Below, in pieces: positions 15,136-25,721 of a stretch of DNA of 43,757 bases. The notes below the pieces were generated by a model. The model made no database searches. It was not told the origin of the DNA and saw only the letters and a list, made by a program, of their open reading frames with translations. The DNA is from Escherichia phage vB_EcoS_FP. The position numbers and the translations under genes were made by a program. How positions within the stretch are numbered: the first letter of the stretch is position 1; each line of letters opens with the position of its first letter. The stretch lies in sequence record MT682706.1. One strand, 5' to 3'.

Positions 15136-18114
15136 ATGGCAACAAATGAATTAGCCGGAATCACACTAGCCGTAGACGTCTCGCAGGTAGACAGGGGAAC
15201 GCAATCCCTACAAAAGTTCAGGCAGGCAAACCAGCAGGCTGCTTCCGGTATTAGTGAGTTCGTCAACGCTGAACAGGTCGCTAAAAACCAGGCTAGAGAT
15301 ACCGCTCGCGCACTGGCTGAACAGCAAGCATCTTTAGCTAAATTGCAAACAGCTATTGATCCAACTGCGGCAAAGTTCCGAAAGCTGCAAGAGGCTGCTG
15401 TAGGTCTTGACAAGGCTTTCGCGGCTGGAGTAGTTCCTGATGAGGAGTTTTTCCGCTTAGGTGAAGCCCTTGAAACGCAGAGCGCAAAACTTGCTCGTTC
15501 ACGTGCGGCGCTAACTGAAGAGGGAAGGGCGGCAGCTCAAGCCGCAAAGGATAAGGCAAAGGCAAAGGCTGAAGCTGATAGGTTCATTGCGTCACTTGAG
15601 CGACAGGCTCAAGCGGCAACATTGACGCGTGAGGAGTACTTAAAATTACAGGCTGCCCAGCTTGGGGTGAGCTCTCAGGCAGCACCTATTATTGACAGAA
15701 TCGCCGATGCATCACAGAAGGCAAACACCCAGCTAATTGCTCAGAGTAAGGCTTTTCAGAAATCAGGATTAAGCGCAGGTCAATACAAGAACGCAATTTC
15801 TCAGCTGCCAGCGCAGATTACTGATATTGGCACGTCTCTTGCTGGCGGCATTCCGATTTGGCTTATTGCAATTCAGCAGGGTGGGCAGATCAAGGATGCA
15901 TTTGGCGGTATTGGTAACACCTTTAGATTCGCGCTTGCTGCTTTAAACCCATTCAACGTAGCAGTTGGGGTTCTCGGTGGCGCTCTTATTGCTTTAGGTG
16001 TCGGTGCAGCTCAGGCTGAAAGTGAATTCAGAGCATTAAACTCTGCCATTGCATTCTCCAACAACTCCACAATCGCATCAATCTCGCAGGTTAGAGATTT
16101 GGTTAGCTCCGTTTCTGATGCTACTGGTGCAACCAGAGGACTTGTGACTAGCATCGCAACAAGCCTTATTGAGCAAGGGAACCTTACGCTGACGCAGATT
16201 GACAAGATTACCAAATCAACCGCCAGATGGGCGCAGTTGACAGGTAAGGATGCGAAGGAGATTACTGGTTACTATAACCAGATTGCGAGCGACCCAATTC
16301 AAGGACTTGCTGATTTAGACAAGAGGTTTAACTTCCTTACACAGGGGCAGTTAACAACAATTGAAAGATTGAGAGAGACTAGGGGTGAGGTTGAAGCTGT
16401 TACCGCCGCGATTGATATTTTCAGCAAGTCACAGGAAGCTAACCTTAACGACATAGCTGCGCAGTTAACCCCACTTGAGTTGGCCTGGAATGATTTTAGA
16501 AAGTACATCTCTGATATCTGGGATGCAATTAGTCGTAGAACGGTTGGGGCGCTGAACTTGTTTGTTGACGTAATAGCAGGAACAATTGAGCAAATCAGGG
16601 TCTTCCTTAACAGCGGTGACGTGCTGATTGGTGAATTCGTAATTAGCTCAATTCAGGCGTTGCAGAACATACCTGGTCTTGATGGTGTCGGTGATGACGT
16701 TATCAAGGCTCAGCGTGAGATTATCGATGCAGCTAAGAAGAATAACCTTGAACTAGAAAAGTCTATCAGGGAGCGAGACGCTAGAATAAGAAAAGGAGAA
16801 ATGGGTTACGTTACTAGCAGAGAAAATCAGAATACCAATGAGCAGCCAGGCACGGATGAGGAGTTTGCAAAGAGGAAGAAGGCGCTTCAGGATGAGCTTG
16901 ACGCGATTAAGAAGAACAGGAAAGAGGAAAATGGGAGGGTTAAGGAGCAAAGGGATTTAACAATAGGTTATGAATCTGGCGTTCTGGCACTTCAGGCTCA
17001 ACTCAAAGTTCTTCAGGAAAACAGGGATATTGGCGCAGTAATAAGCAACGAGCGCAAGCAGTACCTTCAGGAGGAAGCAAATTTCAGGATTCTTGAGCAG
17101 AGGCAAATTGATGGATCAATAACCAAAGAGCAGGGCAGGCTTCTTATTGAGAAAGATAAGGTTCTTCAACTGGCCAGACAGAAGGCCGAATTGGGTGACC
17201 AGATTGTTTTGCAGGAACGAGCCAATAAGTTGGCTGAAGTTAACCGCAAAAAGATTCTTCAGATTAACAATGAAGCGAGTAACATTGACTTGGGTGCTGG
17301 GTTATCATCTCGTGAGCAGCAAAGAGCTAAGGAGATTCAGGCTCTTAAGTCCAATCAGGTCAATGCTGGTGGCTCTCTTGATGATGTTGATTTTCAGCGG
17401 TTGCTGGAAGCAAGAAAGGAATACTACAAGCAGGAGGATAATCTTAGGTCAGACTGGCAATCAGGTGTAACATCCACTCTCGCCGACTTGACAGAGAAAT
17501 ATACAGACTACAATCAGATAGCTAAGGATTTAACCGTTGCGGCATTCGACGGGATCACAGAGCAAATCACCAACCTTGTAACCACTGGTGAGACCAATTT
17601 TAGGGAGTTCACATCAAACATCCTCAAAATGATTGCGAAGATTGCAACTCAGTTACTTTTGGTTAAGGCCATCGAATCAACATTGACTAGCTTTGGTGGT
17701 GGTGGAGGTAATGCGTTTGGCTCTTTTGCGTCTGCTATAGGTTTCTCCGGTGGCGGTTACACTGGTGACGGCGGTAAGTACCAGCCAGCAGGCACTGTGC
17801 ACCGTGGTGAGTTTGTATTCACAAAAGAAGCTACAAGCCGAATCGGTGTGAAAAACCTTTACGCGCTAATGAAGGGGTATGCAAACGGCGGCGCTGTAGG
17901 TGGTCCATCTGGTTATGCAAATGGCGGCTTGGTTTCTGGTGGTGCGGATGTTAATGTTAGCGGCATCACCGTTAACGTGAGCTCTGGTGTTGGTAGCGAC
18001 CCAGAGCAAGCTAAGGCGCTGCAAAGCGGAGTCAAGGCTATCGTAGCGGAAGAGATTGCGCAGTCTTTCCAGCAGGGCGGCAGGGCGTATCAGTACCTGC
18101 GCGGATTCAACTAA
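15136..18114 (+). CDS. tail tape measure protein
   Basis: 992 aa; coiled-coil-rich N-terminal half; Gly-rich C-terminal region; position. Confidence 0.9.
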   Translation: MATNELAGITLAVDVSQVDRGTQSLQKFRQANQQAASGISEFVNAEQVAKNQARDTARALAEQQASLAKLQTAIDPTAAKFRKLQEAAVGLDKAFAAGVVPDEEFFRLGEALETQSAKLARSRAALTEEGRAAAQAAKDKAKAKAEADRFIASLERQAQAATLTREEYLKLQAAQLGVSSQAAPIIDRIADASQKANTQLIAQSKAFQKSGLSAGQYKNAISQLPAQITDIGTSLAGGIPIWLIAIQQGGQIKDAFGGIGNTFRFALAALNPFNVAVGVLGGALIALGVGAAQAESEFRALNSAIAFSNNSTIASISQVRDLVSSVSDATGATRGLVTSIATSLIEQGNLTLTQIDKITKSTARWAQLTGKDAKEITGYYNQIASDPIQGLADLDKRFNFLTQGQLTTIERLRETRGEVEAVTAAIDIFSKSQEANLNDIAAQLTPLELAWNDFRKYISDIWDAISRRTVGALNLFVDVIAGTIEQIRVFLNSGDVLIGEFVISSIQALQNIPGLDGVGDDVIKAQREIIDAAKKNNLELEKSIRERDARIRKGEMGYVTSRENQNTNEQPGTDEEFAKRKKALQDELDAIKKNRKEENGRVKEQRDLTIGYESGVLALQAQLKVLQENRDIGAVISNERKQYLQEEANFRILEQRQIDGSITKEQGRLLIEKDKVLQLARQKAELGDQIVLQERANKLAEVNRKKILQINNEASNIDLGAGLSSREQQRAKEIQALKSNQVNAGGSLDDVDFQRLLEARKEYYKQEDNLRSDWQSGVTSTLADLTEKYTDYNQIAKDLTVAAFDGITEQITNLVTTGETNFREFTSNILKMIAKIATQLLLVKAIESTLTSFGGGGGNAFGSFASAIGFSGGGYTGDGGKYQPAGTVHRGEFVFTKEATSRIGVKNLYALMKGYANGGAVGGPSGYANGGLVSGGADVNVSGITVNVSSGVGSDPEQAKALQSGVKAIVAEEIAQSFQQGGRAYQYLRGFN

Positions 18115-18144
18115 TTAACGGGGCTTCGGCCCCTAAGGATTTTT

Positions 18145-18495
18145 ATGGCTATCGATACTTTTAACTGGTGCACTCAGATACAGGGTGGATCAGCTTCATT
18201 CAGTAATACGAACAACGTGAGAATTGTTAGCTTTGGCAATGGTTTTGAGCAAAGAGGCACGGGCGGTTATCGCAGCAACAAGCGTAGCTACCAGATGACT
18301 TACACCAACAAGGACTGGCGAGATGTTATGGATTTTTGCTTCAATCACATTATTACTCCATTCTTCTGGACCACACCGCAGGGTGACACATCAATGTTTG
18401 TGATTCAGCAGGATAGCATTAGTGTTACACCGCTCAGTAAGGAAGTTCAGACTGTAAGCATGCAATTCGTAGAAGTATTTAGTTCAATGCGTTAA
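18145..18495 (+). CDS. minor tail protein (lambda M-like)
   Basis: 116 aa; position right after tape measure. Confidence 0.75.
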   Translation: MAIDTFNWCTQIQGGSASFSNTNNVRIVSFGNGFEQRGTGGYRSNKRSYQMTYTNKDWRDVMDFCFNHIITPFFWTTPQGDTSMFVIQQDSISVTPLSKEVQTVSMQFVEVFSSMR

Positions 18496-18498
18496 ACT

Positions 18499-18524
18499 AA
18501 GCCCCTATGCGGGGCTTTTTTATT
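18499..18524 (+). terminator. intrinsic terminator-like hairpin
   Basis: AAGCCCCTATGCGGGGCTTTTTTATT. Confidence 0.5.
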
Positions 18525-18534
18525 GGAGAAATAT

Positions 18535-19290
18535 ATGCTAAGTCCAAAGTTTGAAAATCAGTTGCAAAGTCTTTTCCCTGGCGAGATTGTGACACTAATC
18601 CAGGTTGACGGAACCTCCTTCGGAAGTCTCGTTTACAACTTCCACAATGAGAACATTTCATACACGCCAGAAGAGATTATGCTGTCCCAGATGAATGGCG
18701 AGCCACTACCAGAGAAAACCATCACCTTTCGCGGTGAAGAGTATGGTCCTAGACCTTTCGGTATCTCTGGCATCAATATGACTTCTGACGGCAAAGCCAA
18801 CAAAGTAACACTAACAGTATCAAACGTAGACCAGCGTATTAGCGCACTTATCCGTACTTACAATGGATTGGTTAAGGCTAAGGTTACAATCTGGATCACC
18901 ACGCGGGATAACATCAATGAAGACGGAAGCATTGCTGATGGTGATTATCGCAGATTCGTTTACTTCATTGAGCGACCGAAGCAGGTTGATTACAAAACTG
19001 CGTCATTTGAGCTGAGTAGCCCGATGGATATGGATGGCATTTATATCCCCGCAAGACTTGTTCAGTCTGTTTGCTATTGGGCTTCTAGGGGCTGGTATCG
19101 TAGCGGTAATGGGTGTGCTTATGCTGGAAATAGATACTTTAATAAGGATGATGAGCCAGTGGCAGATCCTTCATTAGACTTCTGTGCAGGAACTGTTAAC
19201 AGTTGCAAACTTAGATTTGGTGAGAATAATCAGTTAGATTTCGGCGGATGCGCGGCAGCAAGCCTTCAAGCTAAAGCCAACCAGAGTTAA
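18535..19290 (+). CDS. minor tail protein (lambda L-like)
   Basis: C-terminal cysteine cluster C..C..C..C; RBS GGAGAA; position. Confidence 0.75.
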   Translation: MLSPKFENQLQSLFPGEIVTLIQVDGTSFGSLVYNFHNENISYTPEEIMLSQMNGEPLPEKTITFRGEEYGPRPFGISGINMTSDGKANKVTLTVSNVDQRISALIRTYNGLVKAKVTIWITTRDNINEDGSIADGDYRRFVYFIERPKQVDYKTASFELSSPMDMDGIYIPARLVQSVCYWASRGWYRSGNGCAYAGNRYFNKDDEPVADPSLDFCAGTVNSCKLRFGENNQLDFGGCAAASLQAKANQS

Positions 19291-19300
19291 GGGGGAACAA

Positions 19301-20059
19301 ATGCTTACACCAAAAATTAAACTTGAAATCTTCCAGCACGCAAAAGAAGCTTACCCGCATGAGTGCTGTGGAGTTGTAACTCAGAAGGGCCGAGCCCAGA
19401 AGTATCACAGAATCACCAATGCAAGCAAAGACCCTGAGAATGAATTTATCCTTGACTCAGGTGAGTATGCGAGTGTCGCCTTTAACCTGGCTGATAATGA
19501 ATCTATTGTTTACGTAGTTCACTCTCACACAGGCGACGGAGCAACAACAAGACCTAGCCCAGCGGATATTTGCAGCTGCAACGAGTGCGAGATTCCTTAT
19601 GTTATCGTCAGCATTCCGGAGGGAGATATGCGCATCCTTGAGCCATCATCTATGTCACTGATTGGTCGCCCGTGGGGGCTTGGTAGCTTTGATTGCTGGG
19701 GGCTTGTGATGGAATTCCACAAGAAATACGGAGTAAAACTGAATGACTACCGAGTTAATTACCCGTGGTGGGAGAAGCGGTACAATGAAAATATCTATGA
19801 CGACAACTGGATTAAGGAAGGATTTGAGCTGGTAAAAACTTCAGATATTCCTATTGGCTCAATGATTATGATGCAGGTGCAAAGTGAAGTGACAAACCAC
19901 GCCGGAATCTACATTGGCAACAACAGATTCATTCATCACCTTTATGGTAAAATGAGTTCAGTTGATATCTACTCCGATTACTGGCGAGAGCGCACTGTGC
20001 GAATCGTTCGCCATAAGGATTTACCAGAGGATGTAATTTATGACACAGAAACTTATTGA
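19301..20059 (+). CDS. tail assembly protein K-like (JAMM/MPN + NlpC/P60)
   Basis: HECCGVV and HSHT motifs; 252 aa; position. Confidence 0.8.
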   Translation: MLTPKIKLEIFQHAKEAYPHECCGVVTQKGRAQKYHRITNASKDPENEFILDSGEYASVAFNLADNESIVYVVHSHTGDGATTRPSPADICSCNECEIPYVIVSIPEGDMRILEPSSMSLIGRPWGLGSFDCWGLVMEFHKKYGVKLNDYRVNYPWWEKRYNENIYDDNWIKEGFELVKTSDIPIGSMIMMQVQSEVTNHAGIYIGNNRFIHHLYGKMSSVDIYSDYWRERTVRIVRHKDLPEDVIYDTETY

Positions 20060-20612
20060 TATTAAGCTGGGGCTTTCCTTGGGCCGTAAGTTTGGAAAGA
20101 TTCACCAAATGGCAGTGAGTAGTGTGCCCGAGGCTATGCGAGCACTTTGCTCACAGATTCCAGCATTCAAAGAATTCATGAACAGTCATGTCGGTCAGAA
20201 CACAAGATACGCCGTGTTCGTTGATGGCAAAAATGTGAATGAGCATAGGATTGCTGATTTTAGTGCCGTTCAGGAGATACGCATCTTACCAATCCCTCAA
20301 GGCCGTAAGTCTGGCGGGCTTTTTCAGACTATTTTAGGCGCCGCTCTTATCACGGTTGGCATCTTTACCGGGCAGATTTATCTTGTTGGCGCTGGTGTTT
20401 CTCTGGCTGCTGGCGGTATTGCTCAATTACTCTCGCCGCAAGCGACTGGATTAAAGACCCAGAGCAACAAAACAAGCAACCGCGCCTCTTACGCATTCGG
20501 CTCGGCTGTGAACACTGTAGCTGCTGGTTATCCAGTATGCCTTCCATATGGCTACCGAACGGTTGGCGGTTCTGTGTTTAGTGCAGGCAGTTATTCCGAA
20601 GACATTGCTTAA
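20040..20612 (+). CDS. tail assembly protein I-like
   Basis: 190 aa; hydrophobic Gly-rich C-terminal segment; overlaps K; position. Confidence 0.7.
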   Translation: MTQKLIDIKLGLSLGRKFGKIHQMAVSSVPEAMRALCSQIPAFKEFMNSHVGQNTRYAVFVDGKNVNEHRIADFSAVQEIRILPIPQGRKSGGLFQTILGAALITVGIFTGQIYLVGAGVSLAAGGIAQLLSPQATGLKTQSNKTSNRASYAFGSAVNTVAAGYPVCLPYGYRTVGGSVFSAGSYSEDIA

Positions 20613-20619
20613 ATATCAT

Positions 20620-20645
20620 ACCCGCCTAGTGCGGGTTTTTTATTT
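20620..20645 (+). terminator. intrinsic terminator-like hairpin
   Basis: ACCCGCCTAGTGCGGGTTTTTTATTT. Confidence 0.5.
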
Positions 20646-20692
20646 AGTGTAGAATGTTACAAATGATCAAAACAAACATGAGGCTTTGTGAT

Positions 20693-23600
20693 ATGGCTGA
20701 AGATATTAAGATTTATGGTGCTAAGGGTGGTAGTCAGAAGCCGCATCAACCGGTGGAGCAGGAAGATAACCTCATTTCACTAAACAAGGTTAAGGTGTTG
20801 CTTGCTGTCGCTGACGGAGAGGTTGATTCAAACTTCTCAATGAAGGATTTATACCTTGCTGACGTTCCGGTGCAAAACCAGGATGGTAGCTACAACTACG
20901 AAGGTGTTCGCGCTGAGTTCCGCTCTGGTACGCAGTATCAGGATTACATCGCTGGGCTTGACGGTGCTAACTCAGAGATTCAGGCTTCCAGAGAAATCAC
21001 GAACGATACCCCATACATCATTGCGGTTAACAATACTCAGCTATCAGCGATTCGTGTAAAGCTATATTGGCCTAGACTGGTTAAGCAAGAAAGCAATGGA
21101 GACCTGAACGGAACAACCTGCGAATATGCAATTGATCTTTCTGTTAATGGTGGCGCTTATCAGGAATATACTCGAGGAGTTGCTAACGGGAAGACAACTA
21201 CAGGTTACGACCGCAGCATTCGTGTAAACCTTCCAGCTGAATTTGATAGCGCATTGGTTCGCATCCGTAAGATTACAGCAGATTCGACGAGTAGCACATT
21301 GGTTAACGGGATGCAGATTACAACCTATCAGGAGGTAATCGACGCTAAATTCCGCTATCCGCTTACAGCTCTTGTTTACGTTGAGTTTGGCTCTGACCTT
21401 TTTCCTAACGGTATCCCGACAATATCTATCAAGAAGCGATGGAAGTTGATTCAGGTTCCTACAAACTACGACCCTGAAACAAGAACTTACAGTGGCACAT
21501 GGAATGGTCTATTTAAAATGGCATGGTCAAATAACCCTGCATGGGTTCTTTATGACTTAGTGACAAACCGCCGCTACGGTCTTGATCAGAGAGAGCTGGG
21601 TGTAGAGATTGATAAGTGGGGTCTGTACGAAGCTGCGCAATTCTGTGACCAAATGGTTCCAGATGGAAAAGGCGGCATGGAGCCGCGCTACCTGTGCGAT
21701 ATGGTTGTGCAGAATAAAGTTGAGGCTTACACGCTAATTCGTGATATCTGTTCGATCTTCCGTGGCCTGACTTTCTATGATGGCGAAAAGATTGGTATCG
21801 TAGTTGATAAGCCTCGTAATCCATCTTACATCTTCACGAATGATAACGTTGTAAACGGATTGTTCAGCCGCACCTTTGCCAGTGATAAAAGCCTTTACAC
21901 CACGGCAAACGTTCAGTTTGATGATGTTGAGAACAACTATCAGCAGGATGTTGAACCAGTATTCGAATTAGAGGCAACTCGTCGTTTTGGATTTAACCCT
22001 GTAGATTTAACTGCGATTGGATGTACTCGCAGAAGTGAAGCAAACAGACGTGGCAGATGGCTCCTGAAAACCAACCTAAGAAGCGAAACTATTAGCTTCA
22101 CCACTGGGTTGGAGGGCATGATTCCGATGATTGGCGAGGTGATTGCGGTCAATGACGCGGCATGGTCTAGCAACTATCAGCTAAACCTTTCCGGTCGTAT
22201 TGAATCAGTTCAGGGGTTGCAGGTTTTCACCCCATTTAAAGTTGACGCAGCGCCTGGTGACAGAATTCTCCTGAACAAGCCTGACGGAAGTCCAGAAGCG
22301 AGAACTATTGCAAGCGTATCTGATGATGGTAGAACAATAAACCTTAACACTGCGTTCAGCTTTGTAGCCCAGCCTGATACTGTATTCGCAATTGATAAGG
22401 ATAACCTCGCGCTTCAACAATATGTTGTGACAGGGATTCAAAAAGCAGATTCTGACGGTTCGGATTCATTCCAGTACACAATTACTGCTGTAGAGTATGA
22501 CCCGAACAAGTATGACGAGATTGACTACGGCGTTAACATTACTGACCGTCCTACTTCAATTGTGGAACCTGACAGATTGTCTCCACCTGATAACTTAACA
22601 GTATCAAGCTACAGCAAGGTTGTTCAGGGTTTATCGGTTGAGACGATGGTAATTGGTTGGGATAAAGCGCCATACGCTAAAACATACAATGTTCAGTGGA
22701 GGAAAGAGAATGGCAACTGGATTAACGTACCAAGAACAGCTAGTACAGAGGTTGATATCGAAGGTATTTACGCAGGAATCTATGACGTTAGGGTTCGCAG
22801 CGTATCAGATACTGAAAACGTGTCTGCCTGGTCTGACATTGTAACGGTATCACTAACTGGCAAGATTGGCCGCCCATCTGCGCCTACTGCTATCACGGCA
22901 TCAACTGATGAAGTATTTGGTATTCGTGTTAAATGGGGATTCCCTGATGGATCCGGTGATACTGCTTACACTGAACTTCAGCAGGTTCCTGATAATGGCG
23001 ATGGTACTTACAATCCTGATAACGCAAGTTTGCTTACGCTGCTGCCTTATCCAGCCTATGAATACTGGCATACTCCAATTCAGCCAGGTAAGGTTATCTG
23101 GTATCGCGCAAGATTGATTGACAGAATAGGTAATACGTCTGATTGGTCTAGTTTCGCAAGAGGCATGAGTACTGACGACGCAAACATTATCAATGATTAC
23201 ATCAAGGTTGATATTGAAGGCTCGGAAGGATTCAAATACCTCGAGCAGAATGCGATTCAAAAGAATCAGGACATTCAGAACCAGGCAGAATCAATCCTTG
23301 AGAACGCATTAGCTAATGACACTGATGTTCGTCGCATGACTAAGGAGAACGGCAAGCGTAAGGCTGAATATGTTCAGGCAGTGAATCTCATAGCTGATGA
23401 AACTCAGGCGCGCGTAGAGGCTCTCACAGCCCTTAAAGCACAGATAGATGATGAAGTTGTAGCGTCGATTACAGAAGTTCAGACTGCATTAGCCACAGAG
23501 ACAGAAGCAAGAACTACTGCAGACACGGCTCTATCAGCAAGACTTGGAGAAAACGAGGCAGCTCTAAACCAGAAGTTAGACGCATTCTCTAATGCCACAT

Positions 23601-24064
23601 CAACTGGCGTGCAATACGGAATTAGTCTTGGCCTGAAATACAATGGTCAGACTTATTCATCCGGCATGAGCATGGAGCTAGTTGGCACTGGTGGTAATGT
23701 TCGTAGTCAATTCATTTTTGACGCAAACAGATTCGCGATCAGTAACGGCATTGGTTCTGGCTCCGGTCAGTGGCAGCTCCCCTTCGTTGTCGAGAACGGA
23801 AACGTAATCATCCGAAGTGCGGTAATTGGTGATGGCTCAATTACTAACGCGAAGATTGGTGACTTTATTCAGTCCAGCAACTACGTAGCAGGAAGCACGG
23901 GGTGGAGGATTGATAAGTCTGGTAACGCTGAGATTCGCGGTAAACTGTACGCCAACAGTGGTGAGTTCGCATTCAACGGAATAAATAATACGGTACAGAT
24001 TAACGGAAACGGAATCACGGTTAACTTACCTGGAGGGGGAAGAGTTGTGGTAGGTACGTTCTAA
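20693..24064 (+). CDS. central tail fibre / host specificity protein (lambda J-like)
   Basis: About 1123 aa from ATG 20693; position after M-L-K-I; size and domain layout. Confidence 0.85.
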   Translation: MAEDIKIYGAKGGSQKPHQPVEQEDNLISLNKVKVLLAVADGEVDSNFSMKDLYLADVPVQNQDGSYNYEGVRAEFRSGTQYQDYIAGLDGANSEIQASREITNDTPYIIAVNNTQLSAIRVKLYWPRLVKQESNGDLNGTTCEYAIDLSVNGGAYQEYTRGVANGKTTTGYDRSIRVNLPAEFDSALVRIRKITADSTSSTLVNGMQITTYQEVIDAKFRYPLTALVYVEFGSDLFPNGIPTISIKKRWKLIQVPTNYDPETRTYSGTWNGLFKMAWSNNPAWVLYDLVTNRRYGLDQRELGVEIDKWGLYEAAQFCDQMVPDGKGGMEPRYLCDMVVQNKVEAYTLIRDICSIFRGLTFYDGEKIGIVVDKPRNPSYIFTNDNVVNGLFSRTFASDKSLYTTANVQFDDVENNYQQDVEPVFELEATRRFGFNPVDLTAIGCTRRSEANRRGRWLLKTNLRSETISFTTGLEGMIPMIGEVIAVNDAAWSSNYQLNLSGRIESVQGLQVFTPFKVDAAPGDRILLNKPDGSPEARTIASVSDDGRTINLNTAFSFVAQPDTVFAIDKDNLALQQYVVTGIQKADSDGSDSFQYTITAVEYDPNKYDEIDYGVNITDRPTSIVEPDRLSPPDNLTVSSYSKVVQGLSVETMVIGWDKAPYAKTYNVQWRKENGNWINVPRTASTEVDIEGIYAGIYDVRVRSVSDTENVSAWSDIVTVSLTGKIGRPSAPTAITASTDEVFGIRVKWGFPDGSGDTAYTELQQVPDNGDGTYNPDNASLLTLLPYPAYEYWHTPIQPGKVIWYRARLIDRIGNTSDWSSFARGMSTDDANIINDYIKVDIEGSEGFKYLEQNAIQKNQDIQNQAESILENALANDTDVRRMTKENGKRKAEYVQAVNLIADETQARVEALTALKAQIDDEVVASITEVQTALATETEARTTADTALSARLGENEAALNQKLDAFSNATSTGVQYGISLGLKYNGQTYSSGMSMELVGTGGNVRSQFIFDANRFAISNGIGSGSGQWQLPFVVENGNVIIRSAVIGDGSITNAKIGDFIQSSNYVAGSTGWRIDKSGNAEIRGKLYANSGEFAFNGINNTVQINGNGITVNLPGGGRVVVGTF

Positions 24065-24067
24065 AAC

Positions 24068-24092
24068 AAAAGCCCCGAAAGGGGCTTTATAT
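24068..24092. terminator. bidirectional intrinsic terminator
   Basis: AAAGCCCCGAAAGGGGCTTT between convergent genes. Confidence 0.7.
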
Positions 24093-25028
24093 TTAATACA
24101 TATCAGGAAGGTAAGGAAGTGGCATTGATATTGTTACGTCAGGCCTATTTCCTATCTCGTATCTAACAATCCTTGATCCCGTGCCAGATCTAACATACCC
24201 ATTGCTCATTACGATTCCTTTGTTTCTCAACTCCTTATATGCTCGTATTGCCCTTGTGTTAAACCCACATCTGAGTATTGGGAAGTAAGATTCGCCAATG
24301 TACTGATTGCTACCTGATAGGTTTATGAATCCAGAAACAACCAATGGCCTAGTTACGGTCGACAGCGTACAAACACCATTTGAATTAAATATGTTTAATC
24401 CAGGACCTGGCGTTGGTGCTACCATCTGAAATATAAGAAGGTCCATAGTTACACTTCCTGGAGTGTCACCAGTATCTTCCGTATTTATGTTTGTGCATAC
24501 CAGCTGGTTACTACCATTGTATTCAACTGATACGCCGGAGTTGTTCCACTTTCCAAACGGTATACCATAAATTGGCAGTGTGTATGTGTTGGTGAAAGAT
24601 ATTCTCTGAGCAAACTTGCATACTAATAGCCTGTCAGTGGTGGTTATAGAAGTAAAGTCAGTACTGTCAGTAACGTAAATACCCTGGCCTGTAGATGCTC
24701 TTAGTACCTCAACAACAGTACCAGAAAATTGAGTTATACGGTCAGAATATCCATTCTCATAACCAATCGATATTGTTCCGCTTGATGCTGTTGATGAGAA
24801 TCCATTTATGTAGTAAATCTCAACACCTCTATCAAGCTCAAATGAGTATGCGCCATTGTTAGGTATAAGGAACCTTGACGCTCCTTCATTACCCTGAATT
24901 GAAAAATTTTTGCTAAATCCACCACTGGAGACGTTGAAGTTACCAGCGAAGTTTAAAGCACGCATCCCTGCGGTTATTGTCATTGGCTTTCTTCCGTCAT
25001 TGAGGTCTATATAAATACCTTGAGTCAT
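24093..25028 (-). CDS. putative receptor-binding protein (311 aa)
   Basis: Minus-strand gene convergent with J; start ATG overlaps lipoprotein stop (TAATG) with AAGGAG RBS; Ser/Thr/Gly/Asn-rich. Confidence 0.5.
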   Translation of the reverse strand: MTQGIYIDLNDGRKPMTITAGMRALNFAGNFNVSSGGFSKNFSIQGNEGASRFLIPNNGAYSFELDRGVEIYYINGFSSTASSGTISIGYENGYSDRITQFSGTVVEVLRASTGQGIYVTDSTDFTSITTTDRLLVCKFAQRISFTNTYTLPIYGIPFGKWNNSGVSVEYNGSNQLVCTNINTEDTGDTPGSVTMDLLIFQMVAPTPGPGLNIFNSNGVCTLSTVTRPLVVSGFINLSGSNQYIGESYFPILRCGFNTRAIRAYKELRNKGIVMSNGYVRSGTGSRIVRYEIGNRPDVTISMPLPYLPDMY

Positions 25029-25258
25029 TAATTCCACTCCTTAGAACCATAATCACGAACAGATCCGCTGGAGCCTTTAATACCATCGTAGCGAATGTCA
25101 ATTTCACCAGCCGAAACTACTACGCCACCTTTCCATTTAGCTACGCACACGCCGTTTGAGGACGCTGCACACCAACCATCCGGGCGGGGAGCTGATGAAC
25201 AACCAACCGTCATGATTACTGCCGCTGCGATGATTGGTAATTTGATTAAGTTAGTCAT
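25028..25258 (-). CDS. lipoprotein, candidate superinfection-exclusion (Llp/Cor-like)
   Basis: Signal peptide plus lipobox MTVGCSS; 76 aa; adjacent to putative receptor-binding protein gene; driven by phage promoter module. Confidence 0.6.
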   Translation of the reverse strand: MTNLIKLPIIAAAVIMTVGCSSAPRPDGWCAASSNGVCVAKWKGGVVVSAGEIDIRYDGIKGSSGSVRDYGSKEWN

Positions 25259-25282
25259 TTTTAAATCCTTAGTAAGTGCGTT

Positions 25283-25344
25283 TCGTTTCGATGAACTAAT
25301 AATACAACCGTCGGTGCGGAATGTCTTTAGCTATTCGTGCTATT
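25283..25344 (-). promoter_or_regulatory. phage-specific promoter-like module driving lipoprotein/RBP operon
   Basis: Minus strand: AATAGCACGAATAGCTAAAG ... TATTATTAGTTCATCGAAACGAAACG. Confidence 0.5.
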
Positions 25345-25720
25345 GTATACGCGTAACCAATGTAACTCGATGTATACAATCTCATCCGCGAAAAATGATA
25401 TACGCGCTGTTACGGCAATTTACGCATTGGTTACATTAAAATATCTATATATATCAACCTTTTACTCTTATTATTATTATTATATATATTACTGTGTATA
25501 TCATGTAACTACTTCTATAGAGTGTTCCGGTTATAATTTTAATATCATGTGGATTTATACAGTATTGCGTGGCAGCTATACCAATGCACCCCCTGCAAGA
25601 AACGGTATACACGATATACACGATGGTTACATTGAGCTATAGCTGGGCTGAGATGCCAAAAAGCGTAACTAGTACCAATACCTACACGGAATTACAGTAA
25701 TTCGCACGTAAACTTAATAA
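25345..25720. repeat. AT-rich non-coding control region B (homologous to region A); (TTA)n microsatellite; TACGCNNTGGTTACAT iteron-like sites
   Basis: No ORF with coding signal; shared blocks with 247-540. Confidence 0.7.
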
Positions 25721-25721
25721 A

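Noticed and set aside
15132-18114. Several ORFs of 60-110 aa within or antisense to the tape measure gene
   Set aside because: Embedded in a 992-aa continuous ORF with clear tape-measure character; alternative-frame artefacts
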